This document shows, one piece after another, positions 47,792 through 57,919 of a DNA stretch of 64,000 nucleotides; within the stretch, counting starts at the first letter, position 1, and each line of letters opens with the position of its first letter. Position numbers and translations under genes: made by a program. Source of the DNA: Candidatus Kaiserbacteria bacterium. GTDB taxonomy: Bacteria > Patescibacteriota > Minisyncoccia > Phycocordibacterales > UBA2100. The notes under the pieces were generated by a model. It saw nothing but the letters and a program-made list of their open reading frames with translations, did not search any database and was not told the origin of the DNA. The DNA is taken from positions 10,044-74,043 of the forward strand of contig JAHFMV010000004.1 in assembly GCA_023267655.1 (NCBI GenBank). The letters run 5' to 3'.

Positions 47792-48982
47792 CTACAGAAC
47801 TTTTTGCAAGCGGTTCGCGAGAAAGACTGACCACGCAGCGGCAATTGCGGCGACGAGAAGCGAAGCCGCGAATGCGAGCGACTCGACCGTCATGAGGGCG
47901 AGTGTGATAAACAAAATACAGAGCACAATGCGGCCGATCGCGAGACCCATTTCTTTTATTGCGGTGTATTCGTCGACAAAATGTCCGCCATCGGCTGATT
48001 GTTCGTAGGCATATGAATCGATGCTATAGCGACGCGGAGATGTGCCAGCGTTGTAGTAGATATCGACGGCAAGGATTTGTATCGGCGACGCGGCAGCGAG
48101 GCGTAAAATCCAACTTGAAAAGACGAGAGCGGCGGTGATGGTGGGCGACTTTTCAGAACCGAGTGCACGGAGAATGTTGCGCACGATAAAGCGTGCGAGA
48201 AACGTGACGCAGAGCGTCGCGGTCAGAATCGCGCCGAGCGAGACAAACGATTGCTTTAGCAGTAAGAACGCCGCAAGTGGCCAAATGAGAAGCAGTGCCG
48301 CTCCTTGGAAGCCGTCGAGAATAAAAAGTCCGACAGCAAGATTATTGCGACGTGCAACGAATTCTCGTAGTGTTTGCATAAATGTCCACTCGAACGGTTC
48401 GTACGATTCGTCAAATGGAAAAAGTGCAAGGGCTGCTGCAACGATACCGGCGGCGATCGTGGCAAAAACAATGAACGGTCCATGCGTGATGGCAAGAAAT
48501 ACGTATCCTGCAATGGCTGGCATAAGCGCGACCAATGCTTCACGGGCGAGCGTTGAGGGAGATTGTTCGGCGCTCTGCGCTTCGGCTGTCTTGTACGGCA
48601 CCCAGTAGAGCGCGCGGGACATGCCATGCATGACGGTGAACAGCGCGACCAGCCAAAAGACACTTTCGCGAGAGAAAGTTGTTTCCGAAAAAAGCGCAGC
48701 GATCGCGATGAAGGCGCCGGCGCACGCGAGAGTGCCAAACGTAAGTGCACGTTTGACTCCACGACGAAGTGCCATGCCGGTCAGCGGCGTTAGAAAAAAG
48801 GTGATGACCTGCGACAGCGCATAGAGCGCGGCGACGCCAGCGAGAGATTCTTCAAGATTATTCGCCGAAACAAAAAAGACGCGGAACACCACCATCCACG
48901 CAAAAATATTTCCCGCAGAGAGCGCGCAGCGGAAAAGGAGCCGGTGTAGCGCAAGACTACTGTCTCCCTTGCGCAGTGCCAT
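47792..48982 (-). CDS. multi-pass membrane transporter (MFS-like, ~12 TM)
   Basis: Hydropathy profile only. No specific subfamily motif recognised. Confidence 0.45.
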   Translation of the reverse strand: MALRKGDSSLALHRLLFRCALSAGNIFAWMVVFRVFFVSANNLEESLAGVAALYALSQVITFFLTPLTGMALRRGVKRALTFGTLACAGAFIAIAALFSETTFSRESVFWLVALFTVMHGMSRALYWVPYKTAEAQSAEQSPSTLAREALVALMPAIAGYVFLAITHGPFIVFATIAAGIVAAALALFPFDESYEPFEWTFMQTLREFVARRNNLAVGLFILDGFQGAALLLIWPLAAFLLLKQSFVSLGAILTATLCVTFLARFIVRNILRALGSEKSPTITAALVFSSWILRLAAASPIQILAVDIYYNAGTSPRRYSIDSYAYEQSADGGHFVDEYTAIKEMGLAIGRIVLCILFITLALMTVESLAFAASLLVAAIAAAWSVFLANRLQKVL

Positions 48983-48988
48983 AGCGCC

Positions 48989-49375
48989 TTAATTTGGTCG
49001 GGTCGCAGCTCGTGGTCGCCAAAATGACGTGAGGAGCGGAATGATAGCAACGAGTGCATACCCGACCCACACACTCCAGGTTGCGTAGAGCGACCAGCCG
49101 GAAAACGGCGCGAGGAATAACGCATCAAGCAAAACGGCAACGATCGCCCAGCAAAGGCTAAACGGTAGTAAATCTTTCCAATTGGTAAGGCGCTGTGCAC
49201 GGCCGGCAATTGTCGTAATAAGCGCGAGGGCAAGAAGCCGCACCACGAGAGAAAGAATGCCCGCCGCGAGACCGTAGATCACGAGACCTGACCACAGTAA
49301 ATACATGACCGCATAAATCGCGATTCCCCACCCCAAAGCGCGCATCCCAAAACGCAACATCCATATATCATACAC
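48989..49375 (-). CDS. hypothetical small membrane protein (4 TM)
   Basis: ORF with four hydrophobic helices, immediately upstream of the transporter gene. Confidence 0.4.
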   Translation of the reverse strand: MYDIWMLRFGMRALGWGIAIYAVMYLLWSGLVIYGLAAGILSLVVRLLALALITTIAGRAQRLTNWKDLLPFSLCWAIVAVLLDALFLAPFSGWSLYATWSVWVGYALVAIIPLLTSFWRPRAATRPN

Positions 49376-49460
49376 CCCCGCAAGGCTTTCGCCCCACGAG
49401 GGTGTAGATAACGTCGATTGTTTAATTTCGTCGTCAAATTCTCAAGGAATTACTGGCATA

Positions 49461-49498
49461 TGACAAAGCGCCCTTTCAGGCGCTTTGTCATACTTTTG
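49461..49498 (+). terminator. Terminator-like hairpin TGACAAAGCGCC-ctttca-GGCGCTTTGTCA followed by TACTTTTGG, plus-strand oriented between two minus-strand genes
   Basis: 12-bp perfect stem. A T-tract is present only on the plus strand. Confidence 0.45.
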
Positions 49499-49567
49499 GA
49501 GCGTGCGGCCGGTGGGCCGCTCATATCCAGAAAGATCGGCCTGGTTCGCGCTTTAGCGCGACCGAGC

Positions 49568-49900
49568 TTACCAAGAGTTGCGTCGTCCGCCTCCGCCGCC
49601 ACCTCCGCCCCAGTCGCCACCACCACCGCGATTGTCGCGGCGAGGGCGCTCCTCGAGAGGACGAGCTTCGTTGACCGTGAGCGTGCGTCCGCCGAAATCC
49701 TTGCCATTCCACATGTCGATCGCTTTTGTAGCGTCTTCATCGGCTGAGAATTCGACGAAACCAAATCCTTTCGATCGGCCGCTCATCTTATCCATGATGA
49801 TAACAGCAGATGATACAGATCCGGCTTGCGCAAACGCTTCCTTGAGCTGATCGTCCGTGGTTGAGTACGGAAGGCCGCCCACATATAACTTCTTTGCCAT
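49568..49900 (-). CDS. RRM-type RNA-binding protein with Gly-rich C-terminus
   Basis: RNP-2 LYVGGL and RNP-1 KGFGFVEF motifs, with a C-terminal RGG/Gly-rich tail. 110 aa. Confidence 0.85.
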   Translation of the reverse strand: MAKKLYVGGLPYSTTDDQLKEAFAQAGSVSSAVIIMDKMSGRSKGFGFVEFSADEDATKAIDMWNGKDFGGRTLTVNEARPLEERPRRDNRGGGGDWGGGGGGGGRRNSW

Positions 49901-50245
49901 GTCTGTGAGAAACTGTTTAAAAAGTCTATCTGCGTTGTTGCGGGGCCCCGCGTCGCTTTCGTCGTATCTCGATACGCCTCAGTCACCGCATTCCCCGCGC
50001 CTAGCACCTAGAGCTTTTTCAATCAGTTTCTTAAAAATTGCTTTTGTAAATCATGTAAACCAACCTCTTCCTTTCCCAAAGCCTCAGCTTGCACCTCCGC
50101 CGGTGGGGAAAACTTACATTCCCCGCCACCCTAGCACATGGCGTAAATAGGGCAAGTGCCGAACTTGCCTACCTGTGGAAAACGTTGTAGGGTTGCGGCG
50201 GTACAGGAACAGGGTTCCTGCCGTGAACATGCCTTGGAGGGCATT

Positions 50246-50464
50246 ATGGACGAGATTGAAAGGCTCAACAAAAAGAATCAGTTCAAGCGGGCGATCCGAA
50301 AGGACATCGCCCAACAACGTGCATTCGCTGTTGGCGAGGAAGCGCTGTTCGACGAAGCATACAGAGACTTCCTCGAGGAGGAATGGCAGGCATGGAATGC
50401 CATCGATCCAGAGGACGGCACCGCAAACAACAACGAGGCCAGCGGCATGAACAAAGGCCCATAG
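50246..50464 (+). CDS. hypothetical small protein (72 aa)
   Basis: ORF followed 10 nt later by a strong intrinsic terminator. Start at MDEIERL. Confidence 0.4.
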   Translation: MDEIERLNKKNQFKRAIRKDIAQQRAFAVGEEALFDEAYRDFLEEEWQAWNAIDPEDGTANNNEASGMNKGP

Positions 50465-50473
50465 CCGCAGAAA

Positions 50474-50513
50474 GGCCGGCGAGCACGCGTGCTCGCCGGC
50501 CTGCGATTTTTTT
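50474..50513 (+). terminator. Intrinsic terminator GGCCGGCGAGCACG/CGTGCTCGCCGGCC palindrome followed by TTTTTTT
   Basis: 28-nt perfect palindrome followed by a T7 run. Confidence 0.85.
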
Positions 50514-50603
50514 GTGGTCATAGATATTTTTCTCGCCGACGCTCAAAAAATTCCACGACCCTGACTCGCACCCGCATCAGCTGATGCGGGTCCCGCTCCG
50601 TCT

Positions 50604-50640
50604 TCCAAAACGCTAAAATCCTGCCCCCGGCAGGATTTTA
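50604..50640 (-). terminator. Intrinsic terminator for tRNA-Ala (minus strand): AAAATCCTGCC-ggg-GGCAGGATTTT then AGCGTTTTGG
   Basis: 11-bp stem starting 9 nt after the tRNA 3' end, with a T-run on the minus strand. Confidence 0.7.
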
Positions 50641-50648
50641 GTACGTTG

Positions 50649-50721
50649 TGGACCCTACAGGACTCGAACCTGCCACCCCCTCATTGCAAATGAGGTGCTC
50701 TACCAGATGAGCTAAGGGCCC
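50649..50721 (-). tRNA. tRNA-Ala (anticodon UGC)
   Basis: 73-nt cloverleaf: acceptor GGGCCCU/AGGGUCC with the G3:U70 Ala identity pair, anticodon stem CCUCA/UGAGG with loop UUUGCAA, and T-loop UUCGAGU. CCA is not encoded. Confidence 0.9.
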
Positions 50722-50744
50722 GACGTGACCAGAGTACCAAAAAA

Positions 50745-51713
50745 TTATCCCTTCGCCAACCCCACCGCATGCTCCAAAAACCCCTTAACAGAACTCCCCA
50801 CACTCTCCAACATCTTTGGAAATGATGCATGTTCATGCAACCCCGGCAGTGAATTGACCTCCAGCAGATATGGCCCGCGGTTGGTGACGATAAAATCAGA
50901 GCGTGAGAAGTCAGAAAGTCCAAGCGCGCGGTGCGCGTGTTTTGCCATACTAATGAGTTCTTTTTTGTGCTTCATTGAAAAGTCGCTCGGCACGAGATGG
51001 TGATGGCCGCCTTGCATGTGATGCGCAAAATGCAGGATTTCTGCATTGTCGGGCACTACGATATGTACCGGTGGGAGCGCGTACACTTCTTCGTTGCGAA
51101 AATCTTCGATTATGCCGACTGTTGCGTCTTCACCCACGAGATATTCTTCAACGATTGCTGCGCCAAAAGTATCGAGTACATCTGCGAGCACCTGTGGAAG
51201 ATCGACAACGGACGCGGCAATCAAGATGCCGTTGGATGCGCCCTCAAGCGGAGGCTTCACTATGTACGGCGGGCCAAATTCTGAAAAGACGAGTCGCGCC
51301 ATTTCGCCGGTATCCATTGAGCTGCGGGCGACAAACGACGCGCTGCGCGGCATGCGGAGCCCCGCGTGACGCAAGACTTCGGTCGCGCGGACTTTATTCA
51401 AAGAGAGCGCGCTCGGAAGCGGCGCGGACCCGGCATACGGGACGCCAAGGCGATCAAGAATTCTCTGCACGGTGCCGTCTTCACCGATGCCGCCATGGAG
51501 TCCGCTTACAACAATGTCAATTTGTTGGAGTGCGCGCGCCGGATCCACGGGCATGCCGCGTGAATGCCACAGGCCGCTTTTATCAATCAAAATATCGCGC
51601 GTGTCGTACTGTTCTTCCGGTAGTGCATTCAAAATTGCAGCGCCCGTCTTGAGTGAGAGGTCGTACTCACTCGAAGTTCCCCCTCTCAAAACACCAACAA
51701 TGGTGCGTGCCAT
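50745..51713 (-). CDS. ddl: D-alanine--D-alanine ligase
   Basis: ATP-grasp fold with Ddl-family conservation. 322 aa. Confidence 0.9.
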   Translation of the reverse strand: MARTIVGVLRGGTSSEYDLSLKTGAAILNALPEEQYDTRDILIDKSGLWHSRGMPVDPARALQQIDIVVSGLHGGIGEDGTVQRILDRLGVPYAGSAPLPSALSLNKVRATEVLRHAGLRMPRSASFVARSSMDTGEMARLVFSEFGPPYIVKPPLEGASNGILIAASVVDLPQVLADVLDTFGAAIVEEYLVGEDATVGIIEDFRNEEVYALPPVHIVVPDNAEILHFAHHMQGGHHHLVPSDFSMKHKKELISMAKHAHRALGLSDFSRSDFIVTNRGPYLLEVNSLPGLHEHASFPKMLESVGSSVKGFLEHAVGLAKG

Positions 51714-51719
51714 CTGAAT

Positions 51720-51751
51720 AGTATATAGCCACTAGCGACTAGCCACTAGGG
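51720..51751 (-). repeat. Heptad-repeat element, solo arm, promoter orientation for ddl: CCCTA-GTGGCTA-GTCGCTA-GTGGCTA-TATACT-ATTCAG-ATG (locus 6)
   Basis: Heptads at 51726-51746 with TAGGG at 51747-51751. The TATACT-ATTCAG-ATG tail is identical to the corA locus. Confidence 0.85.
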
Positions 51752-51786
51752 AGATGCACGGATAAGAACCGGATTTCGTATCGTGG

Positions 51787-52263
51787 CTACTCTGATGTCG
51801 AACTTGCCATACCGTCCACGCCCACGCGATCCTTAAATTCCTTCCCAATCGGTATCACAAACATTTTCGGATCAAGATTCCACACCCGTTTACAGCGTGA
51901 AATTTTGAAAAGATTAGCTTCCGTGGACGAATCGCCAAGATTGAAAACACTCTTTTGTGCAAAGTCGACGTTGTCTGCCCACGTATATGCGGAGCCGTCT
52001 TCGTACACGATCGTGTGGAGGTTTGCCGCAGTTCCCTCACCTTCTATCTTGTAATCTGCACGCAAGCGGCCTTGGCCAACGTACATTGTGCCAGAGAGAC
52101 CTTTCACGCTGGCGTCACCGATCGTGCACTGCATCGTCGGAAGCGAGAGGAATTGATCCCACGTACGGAGCGCACCGACATCGGGCACCCAGAACCAATA
52201 ACCGGTAAGGATGACCGCGATTACGATAAGGACTCCAATGACGATTGAGGCGGTGTTTTTCAT
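51787..52263 (-). CDS. hypothetical membrane-anchored protein (158 aa)
   Basis: N-terminal TM helix followed by a soluble domain. No recognisable motif. Confidence 0.45.
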   Translation of the reverse strand: MKNTASIVIGVLIVIAVILTGYWFWVPDVGALRTWDQFLSLPTMQCTIGDASVKGLSGTMYVGQGRLRADYKIEGEGTAANLHTIVYEDGSAYTWADNVDFAQKSVFNLGDSSTEANLFKISRCKRVWNLDPKMFVIPIGKEFKDRVGVDGMASSTSE

Positions 52264-52320
52264 ATACGTATTTGAATGCTTAGGGAGACTACTATACCAC
52301 AGATGACGGTGCGATGAGGT

Positions 52321-53580
52321 CTATCTGACACGCAAGCGCTTGCGGTGATACTCGATTGCAAAGCGGTGTGCTTCGTTGTTCGCGAGAAGGATGTCGCGTT
52401 CGTGGTCGGCGATAATTTTTGCATCGCCAACAAGTCGTTCTGGCTGGTGCCGTTCGTTTTTTACGACACCAACGATCGGAATTTGAATACCGGCATTCGC
52501 AAGAATTTTTCGCGCGGCGTTCATTTGCGCGGTGTGTCCGTCGACGACAATAATCCGCGGATACGGCCATTCAGGGTGGAGGAAACGACGCGAAAGTACT
52601 TCCGTCAGTGCACCGGGGTCGTTGTTGGTGAATCCACGGATTTTGAATTTACGATACGCGCTCTTCAGCGGCTGGCTGTCTTCGATTGCCACCATGACGC
52701 CGACCGTTTCGGTACCCGCCGTGTGCGCGACATCGTACGCCTCGATACGTGCGCTGTTTGCGCGCACGCTGCCGCCGGTCGCAAAACGCGACTCGCTTTT
52801 GATGAGGGAGACATCGCGGATATGCGTAAGCGCGGCGATTTGTCGCCGTGCGATCCCTGCCGCCTCAAAATGCTCTGCGCTTGCAGCCGCCCGCATTTCT
52901 TTCTGCAATTCTTTGATGAGCGCGCCTTTTTTGCCGCTGAAAAGAAGCACAATGTTATGGATCGTGCCCGCATATTCGCGTGCATCTGTTTCTCCGGTAC
53001 ACACACCGGGACACATGCCTATCTGCCGGTTGAAGCATGGACGACAATGCGCAAGGCTTAGCCTTGCACGTTTTTGGTCTACACACGGAGTACACTTATC
53101 ATCACGATACGGAAAAATACGACGCACCAATTTCATCGCATCGCGGAGCGCAAGCCCTTGCGGAAACGGTCCAAACAAATGCTTGATGTTACCGTCCTTC
53201 CAATTCGTAAAAAGGTCGCGACCACGCACGACAAGGACCCGCGGGAATTTCTCCTGAGTAATGACGAGATAATTAAAGCTTTTGTTGTCCTTAGAAGCGA
53301 TGTTGTACGGCGGTTCAAGTTTTTTTATGAGATTCGCTTCGAGGATAAGTGCTTCAAGCACCGAATCTGTTTGCTCCCACGTGAGGGTATCCGCCTCCAC
53401 TACCATCGCTTCAATCGCGCTTGATCGAGCTTCAACGATATCTTTCGCAAAATAACTACGCACACGATCGCGCAGCGACGTTGCCTTCCCCACGTACAAA
53501 ATCCGCTTCCCTTTTTGGAAACGATACACCCCAGGCTCTTCCGGTAGGTTTAAGGTGTCGAGATCCTCGCGTTGCATCAA
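52321..53580 (-). CDS. uvrC: excinuclease ABC subunit C (short form lacking C-terminal HhH region)
   Basis: N-terminal GIY-YIG domain (GVYRFQ...ILYVGKA), a Cys-rich region, and a UvrC-type C-terminal nuclease-like domain. 419 aa against the usual ~600. Confidence 0.8.
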   Translation of the reverse strand: MMQREDLDTLNLPEEPGVYRFQKGKRILYVGKATSLRDRVRSYFAKDIVEARSSAIEAMVVEADTLTWEQTDSVLEALILEANLIKKLEPPYNIASKDNKSFNYLVITQEKFPRVLVVRGRDLFTNWKDGNIKHLFGPFPQGLALRDAMKLVRRIFPYRDDKCTPCVDQKRARLSLAHCRPCFNRQIGMCPGVCTGETDAREYAGTIHNIVLLFSGKKGALIKELQKEMRAAASAEHFEAAGIARRQIAALTHIRDVSLIKSESRFATGGSVRANSARIEAYDVAHTAGTETVGVMVAIEDSQPLKSAYRKFKIRGFTNNDPGALTEVLSRRFLHPEWPYPRIIVVDGHTAQMNAARKILANAGIQIPIVGVVKNERHQPERLVGDAKIIADHERDILLANNEAHRFAIEYHRKRLRVR

Positions 53581-53613
53581 AAGACTATGCCACGACGCAC
53601 GGTTGACCGCAAA

Positions 53614-56211
53614 TTACTTCTTTTTCTTCAAAACGCGTTTCAAATACGTGCCGGTGTGCGAACCTTTGGTGTTCGCGACATTTTCCGGCGTGCCGTGTGC
53701 AACGATATGGCCGCCGCCGGAGCCGCCTTCGGGTCCCATGTCGATGATGTAGTCTGCGGATTTTAAAACGTCGAGATTGTGTTCGATAACGATAACCGTA
53801 TTGCCGCGATCTACCAATCGCTGCAAGATTTCAATCAATTTAGCGACGTCGTCGTAGTGCAGACCGACGGTCGGTTCATCGAGGAGGTAAATCGTCTTGT
53901 TCATGAGCGGTCGGTACAATTCGGACGCAATTTTCACACGCTGCGCTTCCCCGCCGGAGAGTGTTGTTGCGCTCTGGCCGAGTCGTAAGTATCCAAGACC
54001 GACGTCGTCGAGCGTTTTTAAACGGTCGGAAATCGCAGGAATATCTTCAAAGAACGCGAGCGCCTCTTCGACGGTCATTTCAAGAATATCGTGAATGTTT
54101 TTCTTTTGGAATTTCACCTCGAGTGTCTCTTTCATAAATCGCTTACCGTTGCAGACATCGCAGGTGACGTACACGGTCGGAAGAAAGTGCATCTCGACTG
54201 CGACAAGGCCGTTGCCCTCACACGCTTCGCAGCGGCCGCCTTTTCGATTGAAAGAAAAACGGCTCGGCCCCCATCCACGCGCCTTCGCTTCTTCCGTCAT
54301 CGCAAACATGTCACGGATATGCGTCCACGCACCGGTGTAGGTCGCCGGATTTGAGCGTGGCGTACGGCCAATCGGCGATTGATCGATGAGAATAGAACGT
54401 GATAAGTATTCAGTGCCGGAAAATTCTCCCACGTTGTAGATTTTTGCGGTCCGATAGCGTTTATCGAAACGTGCCTGCAAATTACGATGCAAAATTTCGT
54501 AGAGAAACGTTGATTTGCCAGATCCTGATACACCAGTCACGCATACCAACTTGCCTAACGGCACATCGACGTTCACGTTTTGAAGCGAAAATTTATTTGC
54601 GCCGCGGATTTTTATTTTGCCTTTGTCTTGCGTGCGACGTTCAGTCGGAATTTCCACGCGCGCCTCCTCGCGCAAATAGGCGAGTGTGCGTGAGCCGCTT
54701 TTGTTCGTCTTTGCGGTGAGCAAATCTTCGAGCCAGCCTTGTGCAACAATATTGCCGCCATGCGTTCCTGCGCCCGGGCCGATATCGATGAGGTAGTCGG
54801 AGGCGAAAATAGTATCTTCGTCGTGCTCAACGACGAGTACAGTGTTTCCAAGTTCACGCAAGTGCTTGAGCGTCGTTATCAATCGATCATTGTCTCTTTG
54901 ATGCAAGCCAATTGTTGGCTCATCGAGCACGTAGAGCGCACCGACAAGGCCGCTTCCGAGTTGTGAGGCAAGGCGGATCCGTTGCGCCTCGCCTCCGGAG
55001 AGTGTATTTGCCTTGCGGTTCAATGTTAGGTATTCAATGCCTACATTGAGCATGAATTGCAGGCGACTGCCGATTTCTTTGATCACTGCTTTTGAAATTT
55101 CTCTTTCCTTTTCGCTCAAATCAAGTCCGTCAAAGAATTTTTTTGCCGCGTCAATCGACATCTGTGAAATCTGCACGATGTTGGTGCGTTTAGTCTCATC
55201 GCTACCGCCATATAAAAAGACATTCAATGCTTCAGAACGCAGCCGCGCGCCATTGCAAGTTTCGCACGGCTCGTCGCCCCAGATGTATTTCGTCCCGAGG
55301 CCGTTGCAAGTCGGACATGCACCATACGGCGAGTTGAAAGAGAAGAGACGCGGTTCGACTTCGGGGAATGAAAAGCCGTCGTACGCGCACATGAATTTCG
55401 CTGACATGACGTGCCCTTCACCATTCGGATTAGTGATCTTGACCAGTCCTTCTGCTTCATGGAGCGCACGCTCGATGGCCTCCGATGCGCGTTCTCGTGC
55501 GCCTTTCGGATCGTCATTAAATTCACTGATGAAAATATCATCGACAACAATATCAATATCGTGCTTAAAATGCTTCTTTAGTTCCACGCGTTGTCGCAGA
55601 GATTTCTCTTCTCCATCGATAACCGCTTTTTCGAATCCCTTGTTAAGCATGTCGTAGAGCAGCTGGTAGTACTCGCCTTTTCGACCGACGACCACAGGCG
55701 CGGAAATACGGATTTTGGCGTTCGATACGCCGGCCGTAAGCTTTACTCCGGATTTCTTGGCTAATTTACTGGTCTTTTCGACCTGCTTTAAAACAGTCTC
55801 CAGAATTTCTTCGTTCGAGAGCTTTTTTACTTCCCTGCCGCAGATCGGACAATGCGCGTGGCCAATACGCGAATACAAGACGCGCATATAATCGTAAATC
55901 TCGGTGATCGTTGCAACTGTCGAGCGCGGATTGTTTGAACGACTTTTCTGATCGATTGAGATCGCGGGAGAAAGACCGGTGATCTCATCGACATCCGGCT
56001 TTTGCATCTGCCGCAAGAATTGCCGAGCATACGCAGAAAGTGATTCTACATACTTCCGTTGCCCCTCCGCAAAAATCGTATCAAACGCAAGCGATGATTT
56101 GCCGGAGCCCGACAAACCAGTAAACACGATCATTTTATTGCGCGGTATTTCAAGACTCACGTTCTTGAGGTTGTGTGTCCGCGCTCCCTTTATGACGATT
56201 TTATCTTCCAT
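53614..56211 (-). CDS. uvrA: excinuclease ABC subunit A
   Basis: Two ABC ATPase modules (two Walker [17 protein letters not shown] and two LSGGE signatures) with Zn-finger Cys clusters. Start at MEDKIVI; the ORF track extends to 56265. Confidence 0.95.
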   Translation of the reverse strand: MEDKIVIKGARTHNLKNVSLEIPRNKMIVFTGLSGSGKSSLAFDTIFAEGQRKYVESLSAYARQFLRQMQKPDVDEITGLSPAISIDQKSRSNNPRSTVATITEIYDYMRVLYSRIGHAHCPICGREVKKLSNEEILETVLKQVEKTSKLAKKSGVKLTAGVSNAKIRISAPVVVGRKGEYYQLLYDMLNKGFEKAVIDGEEKSLRQRVELKKHFKHDIDIVVDDIFISEFNDDPKGARERASEAIERALHEAEGLVKITNPNGEGHVMSAKFMCAYDGFSFPEVEPRLFSFNSPYGACPTCNGLGTKYIWGDEPCETCNGARLRSEALNVFLYGGSDETKRTNIVQISQMSIDAAKKFFDGLDLSEKEREISKAVIKEIGSRLQFMLNVGIEYLTLNRKANTLSGGEAQRIRLASQLGSGLVGALYVLDEPTIGLHQRDNDRLITTLKHLRELGNTVLVVEHDEDTIFASDYLIDIGPGAGTHGGNIVAQGWLEDLLTAKTNKSGSRTLAYLREEARVEIPTERRTQDKGKIKIRGANKFSLQNVNVDVPLGKLVCVTGVSGSGKSTFLYEILHRNLQARFDKRYRTAKIYNVGEFSGTEYLSRSILIDQSPIGRTPRSNPATYTGAWTHIRDMFAMTEEAKARGWGPSRFSFNRKGGRCEACEGNGLVAVEMHFLPTVYVTCDVCNGKRFMKETLEVKFQKKNIHDILEMTVEEALAFFEDIPAISDRLKTLDDVGLGYLRLGQSATTLSGGEAQRVKIASELYRPLMNKTIYLLDEPTVGLHYDDVAKLIEILQRLVDRGNTVIVIEHNLDVLKSADYIIDMGPEGGSGGGHIVAHGTPENVANTKGSHTGTYLKRVLKKKK

Positions 56212-56316
56212 ATCAACAGCTCGAACCCCTCCATTGCTGCGAGGGGTACATGCGGAGTCTAGCATAGTCGGCTTTTTCAGGCTAAACTCGCGCCAGAGTC
56301 GATCCTGGAGGTAAAA

Positions 56317-56523
56317 ATGGCCAGTAAGAGACGTCTGCGGCGACGAAGTTGCAATTCAAAAGTACGCCATGACGATCAATCAAAAGCAGTGATGCAAGCG
56401 AAAAGGTTGGGGTGGCCGTGGAGTACGTATAAATGCAATTTTTGTGGCGGATGGCACGTGGGGCGACCGAACAGACAAAAGCGTCAAGCAATGCGCGCAC
56501 GTCAGGAAAATCGATTCCGATGA
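56317..56523 (+). CDS. hypothetical basic Cys-containing small protein (68 aa)
   Basis: Arg/Lys-rich ORF with C12, C40 and C43 and a WHVG segment. Possible zinc-ribbon. Low confidence that it is expressed. Confidence 0.3.
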   Translation: MASKRRLRRRSCNSKVRHDDQSKAVMQAKRLGWPWSTYKCNFCGGWHVGRPNRQKRQAMRARQENRFR

Positions 56524-56525
56524 GC

Positions 56526-57431
56526 TCACAGTACGACTGCTTCCTCAACAAGTGCGACGTCAAATTGGCGTCGCACTTCTTCTTTTACTTTTGCCGCTAG
56601 TTCGCGGACGTCTTCGGCAGTCGCGTTGTTCGCGTTGATGATGTAGTTGGCCTGCTGCGGCGAAACTTGGGCGCCACCGAGTTTCGCCCCCTTCATACCA
56701 GCCTTTTCGATGAGCCATCCCGCTGGAACTCGCCCGCCACGGGATTTCACACCTTTTTCTTCTTCAAACATATTCACGATGCGCTGTGGCGCAACTGGAT
56801 TCATAAAGAACGAGCCCGCGGCTTTCACATTTTGAATATGACGCTTCTCACGTTCGGCGATTGTTTCGTCGATGAGATGCGGCTCAGATGTTCCAAGGGA
56901 GAGATGCACGTCGAGAATGATCCATTCGGGATTCTTTTTGAAAAAACTCATGCGGTAGTCGAATGCACACTCGACATTTGAAAATTCGTGGACTTCCTCC
57001 GTTTTTGTATTGATTGCGCGAACCCATGTCACAAAATCTTTGATTTCAGGACCAAATGCGCCTGCATTCCCTCGAACAGCTCCGCCAATCGTCCCGGGAA
57101 TGCCCGCAAGCTTTTCCCACCCCCCTTTTCCCTGTTTTGCAGCCTCTCTGATCAATGTCAAAAGATTGCATCCCGATTGCGCTTCCAGACCGCTCTCGGT
57201 GAATTGGAATTTCTCGCCGGTGACGCGAATAACAAGGCCCGCAAGTCCAGCATCGGGCATAAGATTGTTGCTCCCGCCAGCAATTACAAAAAAAGGCGCG
57301 TCGTGCTCTCGCGCCCAACCGAGTGCCTCTCTAATACCAGCTTCATCCGAAACCTCCACAAAATACTGCGCTGACCCTCCAATTTGGAAGGAGGTAAGCG
57401 GCGCAAGCGGAACATTCTCGCGGATTTCCAT
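56526..57431 (-). CDS. murB: UDP-N-acetylenolpyruvoylglucosamine reductase
   Basis: FAD-binding PCMH domain plus the MurB C-terminal domain. 301 aa. Confidence 0.9.
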   Translation of the reverse strand: MEIRENVPLAPLTSFQIGGSAQYFVEVSDEAGIREALGWAREHDAPFFVIAGGSNNLMPDAGLAGLVIRVTGEKFQFTESGLEAQSGCNLLTLIREAAKQGKGGWEKLAGIPGTIGGAVRGNAGAFGPEIKDFVTWVRAINTKTEEVHEFSNVECAFDYRMSFFKKNPEWIILDVHLSLGTSEPHLIDETIAEREKRHIQNVKAAGSFFMNPVAPQRIVNMFEEEKGVKSRGGRVPAGWLIEKAGMKGAKLGGAQVSPQQANYIINANNATAEDVRELAAKVKEEVRRQFDVALVEEAVVL

Positions 57432-57515
57432 TTGGGCAGGATAGCATTACGCGAGATAAAAAGGGAGCCGGCGCACTTGAGTTGTGCGCCGGGTTCGACG
57501 TGACCTTTTGAATGG

Positions 57516-57815
57516 CTATGCAATTACGAGACGTTTTAGAAAACCATGCACGATGGCGCCTTGGCGACCACTCACTGTATGGCCGAGGGATTCGCCAAAT
57601 TCACCATACGCGTTGTAGCCGCAATATTCAACCTTGAAAACGGCGATGGGAAATCCCTCGCTGCTTTTCTCCTGCAAAAGATTCACTCTGGCACCGTCCC
57701 GTAGCCTTGCTGTTGTACGGCCGTCGTGAGTGTGGATGTCAAATGGTTTGGCAAGAAAAAAAGCGATACTAGTAAGTATGGCCTCAAGACCGTTCGGCGC
57801 TTGATTTTGGAACAT
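57516..57815 (-). CDS. hypothetical protein (99 aa)
   Basis: ORF only. Confidence 0.3.
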   Translation of the reverse strand: MFQNQAPNGLEAILTSIAFFLAKPFDIHTHDGRTTARLRDGARVNLLQEKSSEGFPIAVFKVEYCGYNAYGEFGESLGHTVSGRQGAIVHGFLKRLVIA

Positions 57816-57919
57816 GGCACACTCCTGTTGTTACTCTTTGGAAGTAGCCTCGACTTGTCGAAGCAACCTGTACACAGTACACACCCAAGCAAACTTCACG
57901 TCAACTTCATTATGTGTTC

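Noticed and set aside
49418-49747. 109-aa plus-strand ORF
   Set aside because: A strong plus-strand terminator hairpin lies within 30 codons of its start, and the remainder is antisense to the RRM gene.
50681-51003. ORFs 50681-50923 (-) and 50725-51003 (+)
   Set aside because: They overlap the tRNA-Ala gene and the ddl 3' end, so they are artefacts of ORF calling across an RNA gene.
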